A stretch of 64,000 nucleotides of DNA, taken from the NCBI GenBank assembly GCA_963785235.1, contig CAWAUM010000005.1, forward strand, positions 480,001 through 544,000. Reading direction: 5' to 3'. Below, one piece after another: positions 46,837 to 57,996 of this stretch. The position numbers and the translations under genes are program-made. This stretch comes from an uncultured delta proteobacterium (GTDB taxonomy: Bacteria; Desulfobacterota; Desulfomonilia; UBA1062). Positions within the stretch are counted from its first letter, which is position 1. Each line of letters begins with the position of its first letter. The notes below the pieces were generated by a model that saw nothing but the letters and a program-made list of their open reading frames with translations, made no database searches and had not been told where the DNA came from.

Positions 46837-47853
46837 TTAATACCTTATTCTCGGGTCCACGATTGCATAGATGATGTCCACCAGCAGCGAGATAAATGCC
46901 ACCATGAGGGCGAACACGATGATGACCCCTGGATCATCGGATAGTCCCGCAAGTAGATCCGCTCAAGAAGGAGCCTGCCCATGCCGGGCCACGAAAATGT
47001 TGTTTCCGTAAGGATAGCGCCTGCCATGAGCAGGGCCACCTGAAGACCCATCATGGTAAGGATGGGTATGAATGCATTTTTCAGTGCATGCCTGTACACG
47101 ACCTTGCTGTGTTTTATACCGCGGGATTCTGCTGCAAGGATGTAGTCAGCCTTGAGAACGTCGAGCATATTGGCCCTTGTAAGCCGTACGAAGATGCCGG
47201 AAAGGGTGAGCCCGAGCGTTAAGGAAGGCAAAACAAGGTGGATGGAGACGTCGCCTGAAGGCCTCCCAATCCATTGTGAGCAGGGTGTCAAGAATATAGA
47301 AACCTGAATATTCAAAGTCGGATGAAAAAATACGCGCCCCTGTCCTTCCCGCGATGGGTAGCCAGTCAAGCCAGATGCCGAAGATGAGCTGGAGCATAAG
47401 CCCGAGCCAGTAGACCGGTATGCAGTAGACCACGATGCCGTAGAGACGAATGGCTGAGTCACGCATGGTCCGCCTTTTATCTGCAGCATAGGCTCCAAGG
47501 AAGATCCCAAGGATGAGCGTGATGAGCATGCCGAAGAAGGTGAGCTCGATGGTTGCGGGCAGCTTCTCTGCAATAGCAGTCGTAACCTTCTGTTGCAGGA
47601 CCATGGAGTCGCCCAGATCGAGGTGGCAGATCTTCCAGAGATAGTCTGCATATTGGGCTGTCATAGGCTTGTTCAGCCCGAGTTCTTCGCGTTTCTGTTC
47701 AATCACCTTTTCCGGGGCATGGCCGCCGAGCATGGCTGATACGGGATCCCCCGGCATGAGTCTGAGCACGACGAAGATAATAGTAAGAAGGATGAAGACC
47801 ATGGGGATGGTCATGAGAGTACGGGTAATGATGTAACGCAATAGGTTTCTCAT
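46837..47853 (-). CDS. Peptide ABC transporter permease (DppB-like), frameshifted
   Basis: LMPGDP, LGLNKP, DLGDS, LPATIEL, HLVLPSLTL, HALKNA, ETTFSWPGMG; ends DPRIRY. Confidence 0.88.
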
Positions 47854-47893
47854 GCCGCTGTTCTCTTCTAAGGTTTTGTCCTAGAGCATATAT

Positions 47894-47928
47894 AAAAAGA
47901 GCCGGGCTTGATGGCCCGGCTCTTTTTT
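47894..47928. terminator. Bidirectional terminator-like hairpin after the substrate-binding gene
   Basis: aaaaagagccgggc-ttgatg-gcccggctcttttt. Confidence 0.85.
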
Positions 47929-47941
47929 AGCATAGTCTCAG

Positions 47942-49498
47942 TTATTTTGCACGATAGATGGGGCCATAGTTGAACTGGAGCGTCGGGGAAAGAACAATGC
48001 CCTTGATACCTTTTTGTGCAATGACATAGAGGTTACCCTGGAAGATCGGCGCAGTGGGTACTTCATCAGTCCACATCTTCTGGACCTTTTTGTACAGGGC
48101 AACCCTCTTGCTTCATTTGTCTCCATCTGGCCCTGTTTGAACAATTCGTCCCATTTGGGATCGGAGAAGAAAATACCATTTCCCTTGGAGCCTTCCGTGC
48201 CCGCAAATGCCGCGGTATAGTTATCCGGGTCGAGGTAATCGGGATACCAGCCGAGCAGGTATGCAGTCATAACCTTGTTGGCATAGTTATCCCGGTAGGT
48301 GGCCCATTCCGCCGACTTGACATCCACCTTCATCATGCCGGTAGCTTCCAGCTGCTGTTTCATGACAGCCGCAAGGTCAACCTCAGAGTCGCCGTAGTGG
48401 GAAGGTGTGTACCATAGCTCGAAGGAAAGCTTGTTTGTCTCGCTGTATCCTTTTGATTTCAGCAGCTTCTTGGCCAGGGCAATATTGCCGTCCAAGGCCT
48501 TGAAATCATCCGTATGAGACATCATGCCCATAGGCACCATGGAGTACAGGGGTGAATTCTGGCCCAGATATACCTTGTCAATGATGGGTTTGCGGCTGAT
48601 GGCCGCGGACACTGCCTTCCTCAACACCTTATCATCAAAGGGCTTGCCCTGGCAGCGGAAGCAGAGATAACGGATGAAGGGACCCTGTCCTGTGACTACT
48701 TCGTACTTATTTGATTTCTGCAGGTCCTTGATGTCGGATGGGTTGAGTGTCTTGAAGGCGAAGTCGATCTCGCCCTTTTCGAGTGCCAGTCTCATTGTCG
48801 TGGCATCGGCAAAGTAGCGGATCACAACCCTGCTGTTCTTTGCCTTTGGCCCGTAGAACATCTTGTTGGCTTCCAGCACCACTTCCTGGTCACGCTTGAA
48901 TGATACTACTTTGTACGGTCCGATACCCACAAGATTGCCGCCCTTGAGCTCGGAAGGATCGCGAACAAGCTTGTCCTTGGGATAGACATTCGGATTCAGC
49001 GGGTAATAAGGCGGCGAGGCTACCAGTGATGGGAAGTAGGATACCGGGTTCTTGAGAACGAACTTCACATGTAAGGGATCCACCACATCTACGCGCTCTA
49101 CGAAATCGGTCACCAGCCATGAAGGGTCACTCTTCAGCGCCATGACACGGTCTATTGACCATTTCACCACGCCTGCATCAAAGGCGGTGCCATCGGTAAA
49201 TTTTAGGCCTTTTTTAAGTTTAAAGGTGTATTCTTTTCCATCTTTGCTGACAGTAGAACGATTCAGCTAGGCCAGGGACAATATTTGTTTTACCGGCCGG
49301 ATAGCTGAGAAGTCCCTGGTAGACGTTGTAGAAGATCTCCCAGGTGTGGAAGTCATAGGCCTTGGCCGTATCCATGTCGCTGACCTTCTCGGTCGTGCCG
49401 TAGACAATGGTGTCCTTGCTTGCTGCTGAGCCGGCAGTAGGAATGAATGCCAGACAAAATACCACCATGCTGAGTACGATCAATTTCCAAACCCTCAT
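47942..49498 (-). CDS. Peptide/nickel ABC transporter substrate-binding protein (family 5), frameshifted
   Basis: Signal peptide, VPGLAES, YTFKLKKGLKFTDGTAF, VGIGPYK, GWYPDYLDPD; breaks near 49260 and 48100. Confidence 0.88.
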
Positions 49499-49765
49499 AG
49501 TATTCTCCTCCCTCTTTTTATTGATACTGACATCCTGCCCCTTCCCTTTCGTTCTGATAGCCTGACTTAGATGGAATAGCCGGTGCTGAAAAAATGTTCT
49601 TCTCTCGTGATGGAATGCAGGTCTTCAGGAACAAAGATGTCATACCCATGGCATTGATCATATTCTGCGGTATTAATCTCCCCATACTGATCAGGCGCAT
49701 CTCGTCTTTCAGCACCTCAGTGAAACCATGGAACGGTGGAGTTAATGGTAAGTGCAGCCCGGCTG

Positions 49766-52700
49766 TCAGTCAAGCTTTATCTTTAACTTATCCATTCTCA
49801 CCACAATTGTCCTCATGTCAGGGTTCGCTACTGTGTGATTAACATCAAGGAGGTCAGCATACTTATCAGGCATTACAAGCCCGGGCTTGATGTCGCTCAG
49901 CTGCTCTACCAAAAGACTGATCCGGTCCTTAGGGTTGGACTTTTGATCGGGTAGAATTATTTTCGTTGATAGTGTCACTATGCTGGAACCCGGTAATTGA
50001 AACTCTTTCGTCTCGGGGGGACTCAGTTCGATAGCCTTTGCACCTTCGGGCAAAAGGACCTCGATCTTTGTATACTGTTTTAAGAAGGAGTCCCGGTACA
50101 AAGGATTTGACCTCTCGTCACTGGTAACACCCGCTATGGCCCTGAGTGAGGCCGGGAATCTCAAGGAAAAGGAGTTCACCCTGGCGGACTGCATAACCGG
50201 GCACGGATACGATGAATTCTTCTGTGGCAGGGTACGTTGTGTAGGATACATTATAGGGGCTCATGGCTATGGCTGACCTGCTCACTGAAGACATGATATC
50301 CTGGAATCGCCGCCTGCGTTCCTCAGGTGACATCTCAAGGTAATCCCTGCAAAACATGGCATGAGCGGTTCCATAATAGTTTCTTTGATAGGTGATGATG
50401 GCGTCACCCGAAGGACTCAGGTCTAATTTGATGCCTGTCTCGGTCTTATCCTCAAAAATTTTACCTGATGCCCGGATTGTCTCGAACTCACCTGATGACA
50501 CATTCAGGGCATACTTGCCGAAAGAGGATACAGTGCCAAGTGTTGCATACTGGTCTGTATCGCCTAATGTGATCTGTCCTTGAGGTAACTCTACTTTGAC
50601 CAAGACTGAGGTGAACCATGCGGCTGCAATATGTTTTAAAAGAGGCCCCTGCAATGATTGAAGTGGTGATGCAGATGATGTCAGGATAAATTGGGGTTTG
50701 AAGCCGATAGCCTTGAGCATGGAAGCAATAAGCACTGCACGGTCACTGCTGTTGCCGTACCCTGCAGCCAGGGTAACATCTGCAGGGCTGATCCGGCTTA
50801 AGGGAAGTTGTGAGAATGGAATATCCACTACCTTGATATTTTTTGCAACGTAATCCCTTATTGCAGTGACCTTCCCTTCACTTGAAGAAATATCTTTTGT
50901 TAAGGCAAACGCCTTGTTCACTGTTTCCTTCTGAAGAGATGATGACTTTTCAAGTACATCAAGGACCTCCGTGGCATACTCTTTCACCTGTGCGGTTGAG
51001 GCAAAAACCGAGGGCACATAACTATATCCGGGTGGCAGGAAATCCTCATGTTTTATGGGTGGCACGTGATTTACGCTATATTCAAAAACAGTCTTGCCAC
51101 CTTGAAGTTTTTTTGTCTCTTTAATAAATTCCTTTGGAAAAGGTCTCCATCCTTCATCAGGATAGAATCCGTTGTCCGCCTTGGAAATGGTCAGCTCCAT
51201 GCCGGCTGGAGCACTTATGTGCAGCTGTTTATTCTCGATGGGGTACTCAGCCTGGAATTGACTTTGTATAAGGAATGGCCATGCATCTTTCTTGCTGTGG
51301 ACATACTCGTATTCGATAATGCTTCCTTCCTGCAGCCCGGGCAGACTCACAACCTTTACCTTTCCTGCCGGATACCGTGGTGCCTTGCCGACCCATTCCT
51401 GGTCCATCACATTGACTTCATTCGGGTTAATCTGTTTTGAACGGCCATCAGGCAGGGTCACAGTGGCCTTTTTTATCTGGATATCCTCCCACACAGGGTT
51501 GAAGGAAAAATACAGTTCGGAGTTATCCTTTTTGCCTGCATAGGTAAGGACCTTGATCTTTTTTCGTATTGTCTGAATAACGGTGGACTTATCAATGATA
51601 TCCATAGAAATATCTTCATCAAGCACCACGGCATCAGGATTATATACAGTGTACCAGGGCTTGCCTGATACAGTTGCCGAGAAATGGCCCGGTGCAAAAA
51701 CCGGCATAAAGCGATTTGCCTTTTCAACCTTCTTGAGAATATCCTGAAGACGTTTATATTGTTCAGGGGAATACTCGGTGAGCTTCATCATGAATAGGTT
51801 CCTTCCTTTCATGACCCCATCCCCTACTTCAAGGGATCTGTTCCATGTTGCCCCTTCATCAACGGCTGTTTCATTAACCGGATGGCTCAGTGGTTTGCCG
51901 AGTGAGTGATCGATGTCGATGTTTATGGTCTCATCAATACCGCAGGCAATATCGGTCATGAAGGTATACTTCCTTTCTTTAAGGCCCATTCCACCTATAA
52001 GGCGATTTACAACCCCTACGCTGTCACCAAACCTGAAAACCGGCAGCATGGTTACATCAGCGCCATGTACAGGATAATCTTTTGCAGAATAAGTTAAGCT
52101 CGCCTGCAAAGGTTGCGAGGTATCCATCATATTCTCAGGTCTTATTATGAGTTCATCAAGAATGGCAGCCGGTAACACCTTCATGAGCATCCTCTCGAAA
52201 TATTGCCTTCGCTCATCTTCTGCGATACTGGAAAAGTATCCACGATAGGAATTGTCATTGATGCCATCGAAGGTGAATGTAGTCTTACCACTTAATGTAC
52301 CGGCTGAATTGAGTTTACCTGATGTAACTATGTGAACCATATTCTTCGCTGCAGGTGTTATGGCGCTTGTCCTGAGCGAATCACCTTTTGGCGTGGCCAC
52401 AAGGTAGCTTTGATTGTTGAGGTATGCCGGGAAGAGCTCTTTGGTGTTCTCGTTAGTGGGGTCCATGAGCAGATAAGAACCATCCTTGTTCTTTACGCTT
52501 ACAATTGCATGGTTGAAGAATGGCTGAGGGACCTCGGGGTCCTTCTTGGGTCCGTTCATGATAAGCACCGGATAGGCCTTGAACCCTGCAATCCTCAACA
52601 TGGCAACAAGCAGCGCTGCCTTATCGCGACATACACCTGCCCTGCGTTCAAAGGTCATGGACACGGGATGAGGTTCATAGCCCGGCGCCTCTGTTTCAGC

Positions 52701-53690
52701 AGTAATGCCCAGATAGCGAACCTTTTGAGAGACCCAGAAGAAGATTGTCTCTATCTTCTGCTGCTGTCCTTTTTTTCCCTTGATCAGGCTTTTTACCATC
52801 TTACGCATCTCAGGGGTTGTATTGTCAATATGTGGTTTTGAGAGGTTCCAATACCACCTGGATATGGTATTCCAATCGGGGATTGTGCTTACCAGCAGCC
52901 GTTGGGCCTGGGTGTACAACGGTGGCATCTCCGGTTCCACAAAGGCCTTGGGTATGTCTTTGGCAACCCACTGGTAAATGATATCACTTCCTTCGGATGT
53001 CTTCAGGAATGTCACCCTACCGGGGATCTCATTCTTGAGCGCCATGCTTTTCAAAGGCTTGGTTTGAGGGGCAATAATCGTAAGCCGGGCACATATGATG
53101 GGGTCGGTTTCTTCAAAGGTAATAAAGTCGCTCCATTCATTAGCCATGCGTGTCTTGAAAAAATCATCAAAGGTAATAAAATGAACAGTGTCGCCGATGT
53201 TCAACTCCGGGATGCTCACCTGGAGCATCTTGTCATTTGGGTCATAGATATTCGAGGCCATCTGCGATGAATCAACCATGACCCGGCTGTTTTTCTCCAC
53301 ATCCACCTTCCGCGAAGTACCGTCAGGGGAAATGACCTCTACCAGGGTGAATTTCGTGTTATTGTAGGGTACGGAAAAGGATGAGGTGAGCGTACGATAG
53401 CGGCGTTTACCCTTTTCAGTGAGCACCTTTATATATTGTTCGAACCATTCAACATAGGTGCCATCAACGCGATATTTCACCCATGAATGCTGATCCACCA
53501 CCGCCACTTCGGCATCAGGATATTTATCAGTTTTTACCATGGAGGCTTGAGCAATGACCGAATCCTTGTCAAGGGTTGCCCACTCAAGGGCACAGAGGTT
53601 GTTGATTTGGGCAAAGATGAATATCAGTATCCACGCTGTCAGGATCTTGAAATATGATCGTATGAGCATCTTCGAGATGACCCCTTTCAT
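49766..53690 (-). CDS. Exported double DUF3857 + transglutaminase-like protein, frameshift near 50150
   Basis: Two copies of the DUF3857 (KVLT.xGK, GxI/VxY)-TGase architecture; the first has GVCRDKA/FNH/DPT. The C-terminal tail continues in ORF 49766-50251. Confidence 0.8.
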
Positions 53691-53874
53691 AAGGTATTCT
53701 TATGCTTTACTTTTTCAGTCATGGCAGTTTGATGGCTTTGAACAGCACAAGAGAAGATCATAAAATACCGTTCCTGTAAATACATAATAGACCCTTGATT
53801 GGTTTCATTAGGGAAAATCTAACATGAAAACAAGTGCCCTTGACTTAGCAAATACCAACGCTATTAATAACTTC

Positions 53875-54075
53875 ATGTCAATGGATAGAACATTATGTGC
53901 AATCTGTGCCTGGAGAGGCGACTGCAACAAGAAGTTCATGCAGGGCAACGGAGTCCACTGTCCTGACTACACGAAAGACCTTACCATCCGGGCCGTGACA
54001 GATGAGGTAAACGAGAATAAGCAGCTTACAGACAAAAAGGGTAAGAAAAAAACAAGAGAGATACGCTTTCTGTAA
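53875..54075 (+). CDS. Small cysteine-rich protein (CxxCAWRxxC...CPDY)
   Basis: MSMDRTLCAICAWRGDCNKKFMQGNGVHCPDYTKDL; four Cys suggest a metal or Fe-S site. Confidence 0.6.
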   Translation: MSMDRTLCAICAWRGDCNKKFMQGNGVHCPDYTKDLTIRAVTDEVNENKQLTDKKGKKKTREIRFL

Positions 54076-54325
54076 AACTCAAATCTGCGTTCTCTTGTCC
54101 TTTTAGGTCTATGCTTATTCCTTTTGATCTCACATCAGGAGAGTAATCTCTTTATAATCGTCTGTTTTCAATTCCAAGAATAGCCAAGGTCTTCTTTTTG
54201 TTAAATATAAATATGATCACATGAACCGTGTAAACTATTCGTTTGCAGGGATCGTCTATAGCAGAAAATAGATGAATACATGTGAAAGACAGAAACAATC
54301 GCGCGTTCAAAAAGGAGAAAGAGTA

Positions 54326-55040
54326 ATGAGAGCGAAAAATATTGGATTCTTGTTGAAGGGCATTCTCTCCATAATGTCCGGTTTCTTTGTGTTCTTGATA
54401 GCCGCTTCTACACCGTCCTTTGCAGCTACCCAGTGGAACGTGGGGGTTTCCGGAGGAGATGAAGGCATTCGTTCCTTCCGACTTTCCATTGGTGAATATT
54501 ATCATGTCCCGGAAAGAGAGGTTGTTGTTGTTCATAAACGGGGAATTCATGAAGAAGAGCTGCCGGTGATTTTCTTTATTGCAAAAAGGGCCCATGTATC
54601 GCCCGAGGCCGTTGTCAGGCTCCGCCTGAGAGGCATGAACTGGATGGACATAACCTTTCACTACGGCTTGAGCCCTGAAATATACTATGTCCCTCTCAGG
54701 CAGGGTCATCCCTATGGGAATGCCTATGGTCATTACAAAAGACATCCGAGGGGTGGATGGCACAGAGGCGACCTCAGGGATGCGGATATCGTGAATCAGG
54801 TAAACCTTAAGTTCATATCAGAGCATCACAGATATGCCCCTGAACAGGTCATGAAATACCGGTCTGAGGGAAAAAGCTTTATCGACTATTGACCGTGATG
54901 TTAGACAAGGAAAACAGGGAAAGACCCGTGGCCAGGGCCGGCAAGCGGACAAGCCCGGTGATTACTGGCAAAATGATAACAACCAAAACGACAACAAGAA
55001 TCAAGGGAAAGGCCATGGCAAGGGTAATGGGAATACGTGA
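54326..55040 (+). CDS. Exported hypothetical protein with GHPYGNAYGH motif and Gly/Lys/Asn-rich tail, frameshift near 54885
   Basis: AGGAG RBS and signal peptide ending SFA. After the frameshift it reads TIDRDVRQGKQ...NQGKGHGKGNGNT*. Confidence 0.65.
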
Positions 55041-55146
55041 GATAATAACTGATTATACCTGTGGTTCCCTGTATCAATAGGTACAGATTTAATTTTGTTT
55101 GCTTCTCCTCTCCTGATACCTTAGGGTTAACCTCAGGAGGAAGAAC

Positions 55147-55428
55147 ATGGTTACAGCTATCATCATTTTGAAGGTTGCCCGAGAACGCATCAATGGTACG
55201 GCACAGGAACTCTCAGACATTGAGGGCATTTCGGAGGTATTTTCCGTGAGCGGCCGTTATGATCTGATAGCCATTGCCAGGGTAAAGGACAATGATGAGC
55301 TCTCAGAACTCGTAACAGTAAAGATGCGCAAGGTTGAGGGGATAACCGAGTCCGAAACCATGCTTGCCTTCCGGGCATATTCAAGGCATGACCTCGAAGG
55401 CATGTTTTCTGTGGGTTTCGAGGAGTAA
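55147..55428 (+). CDS. Stand-alone Lrp/AsnC ligand-binding domain protein
   Basis: EVFSVSGRYDLIAIARV...GITESET; no HTH; AGGAGG RBS. Confidence 0.88.
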   Translation: MVTAIIILKVARERINGTAQELSDIEGISEVFSVSGRYDLIAIARVKDNDELSELVTVKMRKVEGITESETMLAFRAYSRHDLEGMFSVGFEE

Positions 55429-55445
55429 CAAAACCCTATCGATAA

Positions 55446-55471
55446 TCAAGGGTATCACTCTGATACCCTGA
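55446..55471. terminator. Hairpin after the Lrp-like gene
   Basis: agggtatca-ctc-tgataccct; no strong U-tract. Confidence 0.45.
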
Positions 55472-55615
55472 CGCTATTCTTTCGCTGCATATTAAGGCCG
55501 CTGTGTGTTCTCTCCGGATAGGTCCATGGCAAACCATCATCTGTCAATCTATCCTCTTCTGATCATTCCTGTCAGGACGACCTGTTAAGCTTTTTGCATA
55601 TCACCCGAAAAATAT

Positions 55616-56557
55616 ATGAATAGTATGGATAACAAATCAGACATAACCTATCCATCCAGGGTGATCTTCCGGGCCTTCCTGATCCTTCTCACATGCATAT
55701 TTATTGAGTGCGTCAGCTCAGGCCAGTCACTTGCGGGGGATAAGATATTGAGATACCGCATCGACTCTGTTGACACACGTTTCACTCTAAGCCGTAAGGA
55801 AATCTCGGACGCAGTTCATCAGGCGGTTTTCTTATGGGAAAAGGCTGTCGGTCATACTATCTTCAAGGAAGACCCCCAGGGCGATATCAGAATAGACTTT
55901 GTATATGATAAGCGGCAGGCAGTCACGGATAGTTTAAAAATAATAAGCGAGGACATTGATGATGCAAAGTCGTCATATAATAAACTCATGTCCCGGTATG
56001 ATGATATATTAGTTGTGGTTGAGAAAAAAAAAGGTGCCTATATATCAGACAATAATTCATACCTGACAGCTCTCAATGATTACCAGACCGAGATTGATGC
56101 TGCCAATAATAAGGCCTTTGTTTCCAGGGATGAATTCCAGCGGTTTCAGAAGAAAAAACATTGCCTCGACGTTCAGCTTGTTGCGCTCCAGGTGAAGCGC
56201 TCCGACCTGCAGAGAACAGTGGATGAACTCAACGATATGGTGGCTGTTATCGGCAAAATAGCCTCCAATCACAATTCACAGGTAATAAACTATAAAAATA
56301 CGCGCAAGGACCTCAGTGGTGAATTCGATGCGGGTCGATATGAAATGAATATCTACGGTGAAAAAAGCATCACGATATTCCATGTCAAGGACCGTGAAAA
56401 GCTGGTGAGGGCTTTGGCACATGAACTCGGACATGCCCAGGGGCTTAAGCACAGTAAAAACCCTGACTCTATCATGTACTATCTGAATCGTTCCGATTCC
56501 ATAAGACTGTTGCCCGAAGATATCCTTGCCATGCAGGCGCGGTGCAGCAGCAACTGA
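55616..56557 (+). CDS. Matrixin (M10)-family zinc metalloprotease with internal coiled coil
   Basis: HELGHAQGLKH zinc motif, SIMY Met-turn, N-terminal hydrophobic segment. Confidence 0.85.
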   Translation: MNSMDNKSDITYPSRVIFRAFLILLTCIFIECVSSGQSLAGDKILRYRIDSVDTRFTLSRKEISDAVHQAVFLWEKAVGHTIFKEDPQGDIRIDFVYDKRQAVTDSLKIISEDIDDAKSSYNKLMSRYDDILVVVEKKKGAYISDNNSYLTALNDYQTEIDAANNKAFVSRDEFQRFQKKKHCLDVQLVALQVKRSDLQRTVDELNDMVAVIGKIASNHNSQVINYKNTRKDLSGEFDAGRYEMNIYGEKSITIFHVKDREKLVRALAHELGHAQGLKHSKNPDSIMYYLNRSDSIRLLPEDILAMQARCSSN

Positions 56558-56799
56558 GACAGGTACCTATTCTTTGGTATAATCCATCAGGAAGTATCTA
56601 TACATTTTCATGTTAAGGGTTGTGCATAAGCCTAAATAATAATACCTCCATTCAAACGTTTCATTCAACACCTTAAACATTCCATCGAATGAATCATGGT
56701 TTTTCTCTGTTCCTATCGGGTCCACAGGTGAACTGCAATTCAGTTAATAGTCTATATTAACAATATGATGAAGGTTAATATGTGCTCGTGCTGCAGAAT

Positions 56800-56814
56800 T
56801 GGCACGATGGTTGC
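56800..56814 (+). promoter_or_regulatory. sigma54 -24/-12 promoter, cassette A
   Basis: TGGCACG-ATGG-TTGC, exact consensus spacing, 42 bp upstream of ATG 56857. Confidence 0.85.
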
Positions 56815-56856
56815 GTTATAGATAAGCATACAGAAAATCAAAGAGGAGGTCAGACA

Positions 56857-57132
56857 ATGAAAAAGACAATCCAGACAATAATCGTTGCAATGTTCGTGGT
56901 AATGATCACCGGTACCTTTGCCTTTGCAGCAGCAGCAACCTCCGGCGGAAACAGCTTCCCCTACTTCCACCTTGGATGCCTGATCATGGGCGGACTCACC
57001 ATCATCTCCATGAAGTACCGCTATGAGAAGATATACCTCAGCGAGGCAGTGGGATCTTTCGCTCTGTATGCAGTGTTGGTAGCTCTGTTCACCGCACCGG
57101 TCATCGAAGCAGTTAAAGGCATGATCAGCTGA
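56857..57132 (+). CDS. Small membrane protein (signal peptide + 2 TM), unknown family
   Basis: GAGGAGG RBS; MKKTIQ...TFAFA signal; paralog of 57997-58173. Confidence 0.8.
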   Translation: MKKTIQTIIVAMFVVMITGTFAFAAAATSGGNSFPYFHLGCLIMGGLTIISMKYRYEKIYLSEAVGSFALYAVLVALFTAPVIEAVKGMIS

Positions 57133-57164
57133 GAAGATTATCAATAAAAAAAGGAGGAGAGGCC

Positions 57165-57428
57165 ATGAAAAGGGTACGAAGAAACAGACTCCAGACCAAG
57201 ACGCTGAATCAGATCATCATGCTGAGCGCATGGAGCTTCACCCTGGTTATCTCCTCGTTCCTGTTCCTGTTCGCAGGCCGGTGGATCGATGTGAAGTTCA
57301 ATACGGAACCGACCTTCATGCTTGGACTGTTTGTGCTGGGCATGGGATTGTGCTTTGCACGGATGTTCACGGACTACACAAAGGCCAAAGATGAGTTGAA
57401 CAACCGCAGGGTCAGATACCAGTCCTAG
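57165..57428 (+). CDS. AtpZ/AtpI (ATPase gene1)-like two-TM protein
   Basis: AGGAGG RBS; GRWIDVKFNTEPTF hairpin motif typical of ATPase_gene1. Confidence 0.75.
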   Translation: MKRVRRNRLQTKTLNQIIMLSAWSFTLVISSFLFLFAGRWIDVKFNTEPTFMLGLFVLGMGLCFARMFTDYTKAKDELNNRRVRYQS

Positions 57429-57477
57429 TCGATACTCAAGAAAGCCGGGTTACAATCCGGCAGCCTACATCACGAAT

Positions 57478-57510
57478 GCGGGTCGCCCTCAAGGCGGCCC
57501 GTTGCTTCTC
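57478..57510 (+). terminator. Terminator-like hairpin of cassette A
   Basis: gcgggtcgcc-ctcaa-ggcggcccgt then tgcttct. Confidence 0.6.
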
Positions 57511-57529
57511 GCAGGATAATCAGTTGAAT

Positions 57530-57557
57530 AAAAAAACACGACCCTTTCGGGGCCGTG
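57530..57557 (-). terminator. Rho-independent terminator of cassette B
   Basis: Minus strand CACGGCCC-CGAAA-GGGTCGTG-TTTTTTT. Confidence 0.8.
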
Positions 57558-57609
57558 GTGTGTGATATGGATCGTTCCCGGGGAGGAAGTTCGCTGGAGG
57601 CCTGTTCGA

Positions 57610-57714
57610 TTACCGGATCTGCGCTGCCCTGGCAGCATGCCCTGCGCGTTTCACGAACCGTGCAGTCAGGGCCAGGAATGCTGTGAAGCCGATAGTTACA
57701 AAGATGACTGTCAT
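57610..57714 (-). CDS. Putative 34-aa single-TM peptide
   Basis: MTVIFVTIGFTAFLALTARFVKRAGHAARAAQIR; ATG 2 nt after the upstream stop, AGAGGG RBS, inside the terminator-bounded transcript. Confidence 0.45.
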   Translation of the reverse strand: MTVIFVTIGFTAFLALTARFVKRAGHAARAAQIR

Positions 57715-57716
57715 GG

Positions 57717-57956
57717 CTATGCCCTCTTTACCTTTCTCTCTATCACGACCTCTTCGATGAACCCCTTGAAGCCCAGTGCTATGCCGGCCACCAGTCCTAC
57801 CATCGTGAAGTTGGGTGCCATGCCGAGAACCCTGTCCAGATACATGCCGCCGTAGAGTCCGAGGAAGGTCATCATAACGAGCACCAGGCTGTATGCGCTT
57901 ATCCTGCTGAGCCTGTTGGCCAGTGCCTTTTCGATCTTTTCTTTCTTTGTCTTCAT
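57717..57956 (-). CDS. AtpZ/AtpI (ATPase gene1)-like two-TM protein
   Basis: AAGGAGG RBS; GMYLDRVLGMAPNF motif; paralog of 57165-57428. Confidence 0.75.
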   Translation of the reverse strand: MKTKKEKIEKALANRLSRISAYSLVLVMMTFLGLYGGMYLDRVLGMAPNFTMVGLVAGIALGFKGFIEEVVIERKVKRA

Positions 57957-57996
57957 GGCCTTCCTCCTTATCCTTTTTATCTCTATGAGTCCTGCC

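Noticed and set aside
57165-57956. Start of an F-type ATP synthase operon
   Set aside because: No atpB/E/F/H/A/G/D/C nearby, the two gene1-like genes converge on terminators, and the partner proteins lack the c-subunit GxGxGxG/RQPE signature.
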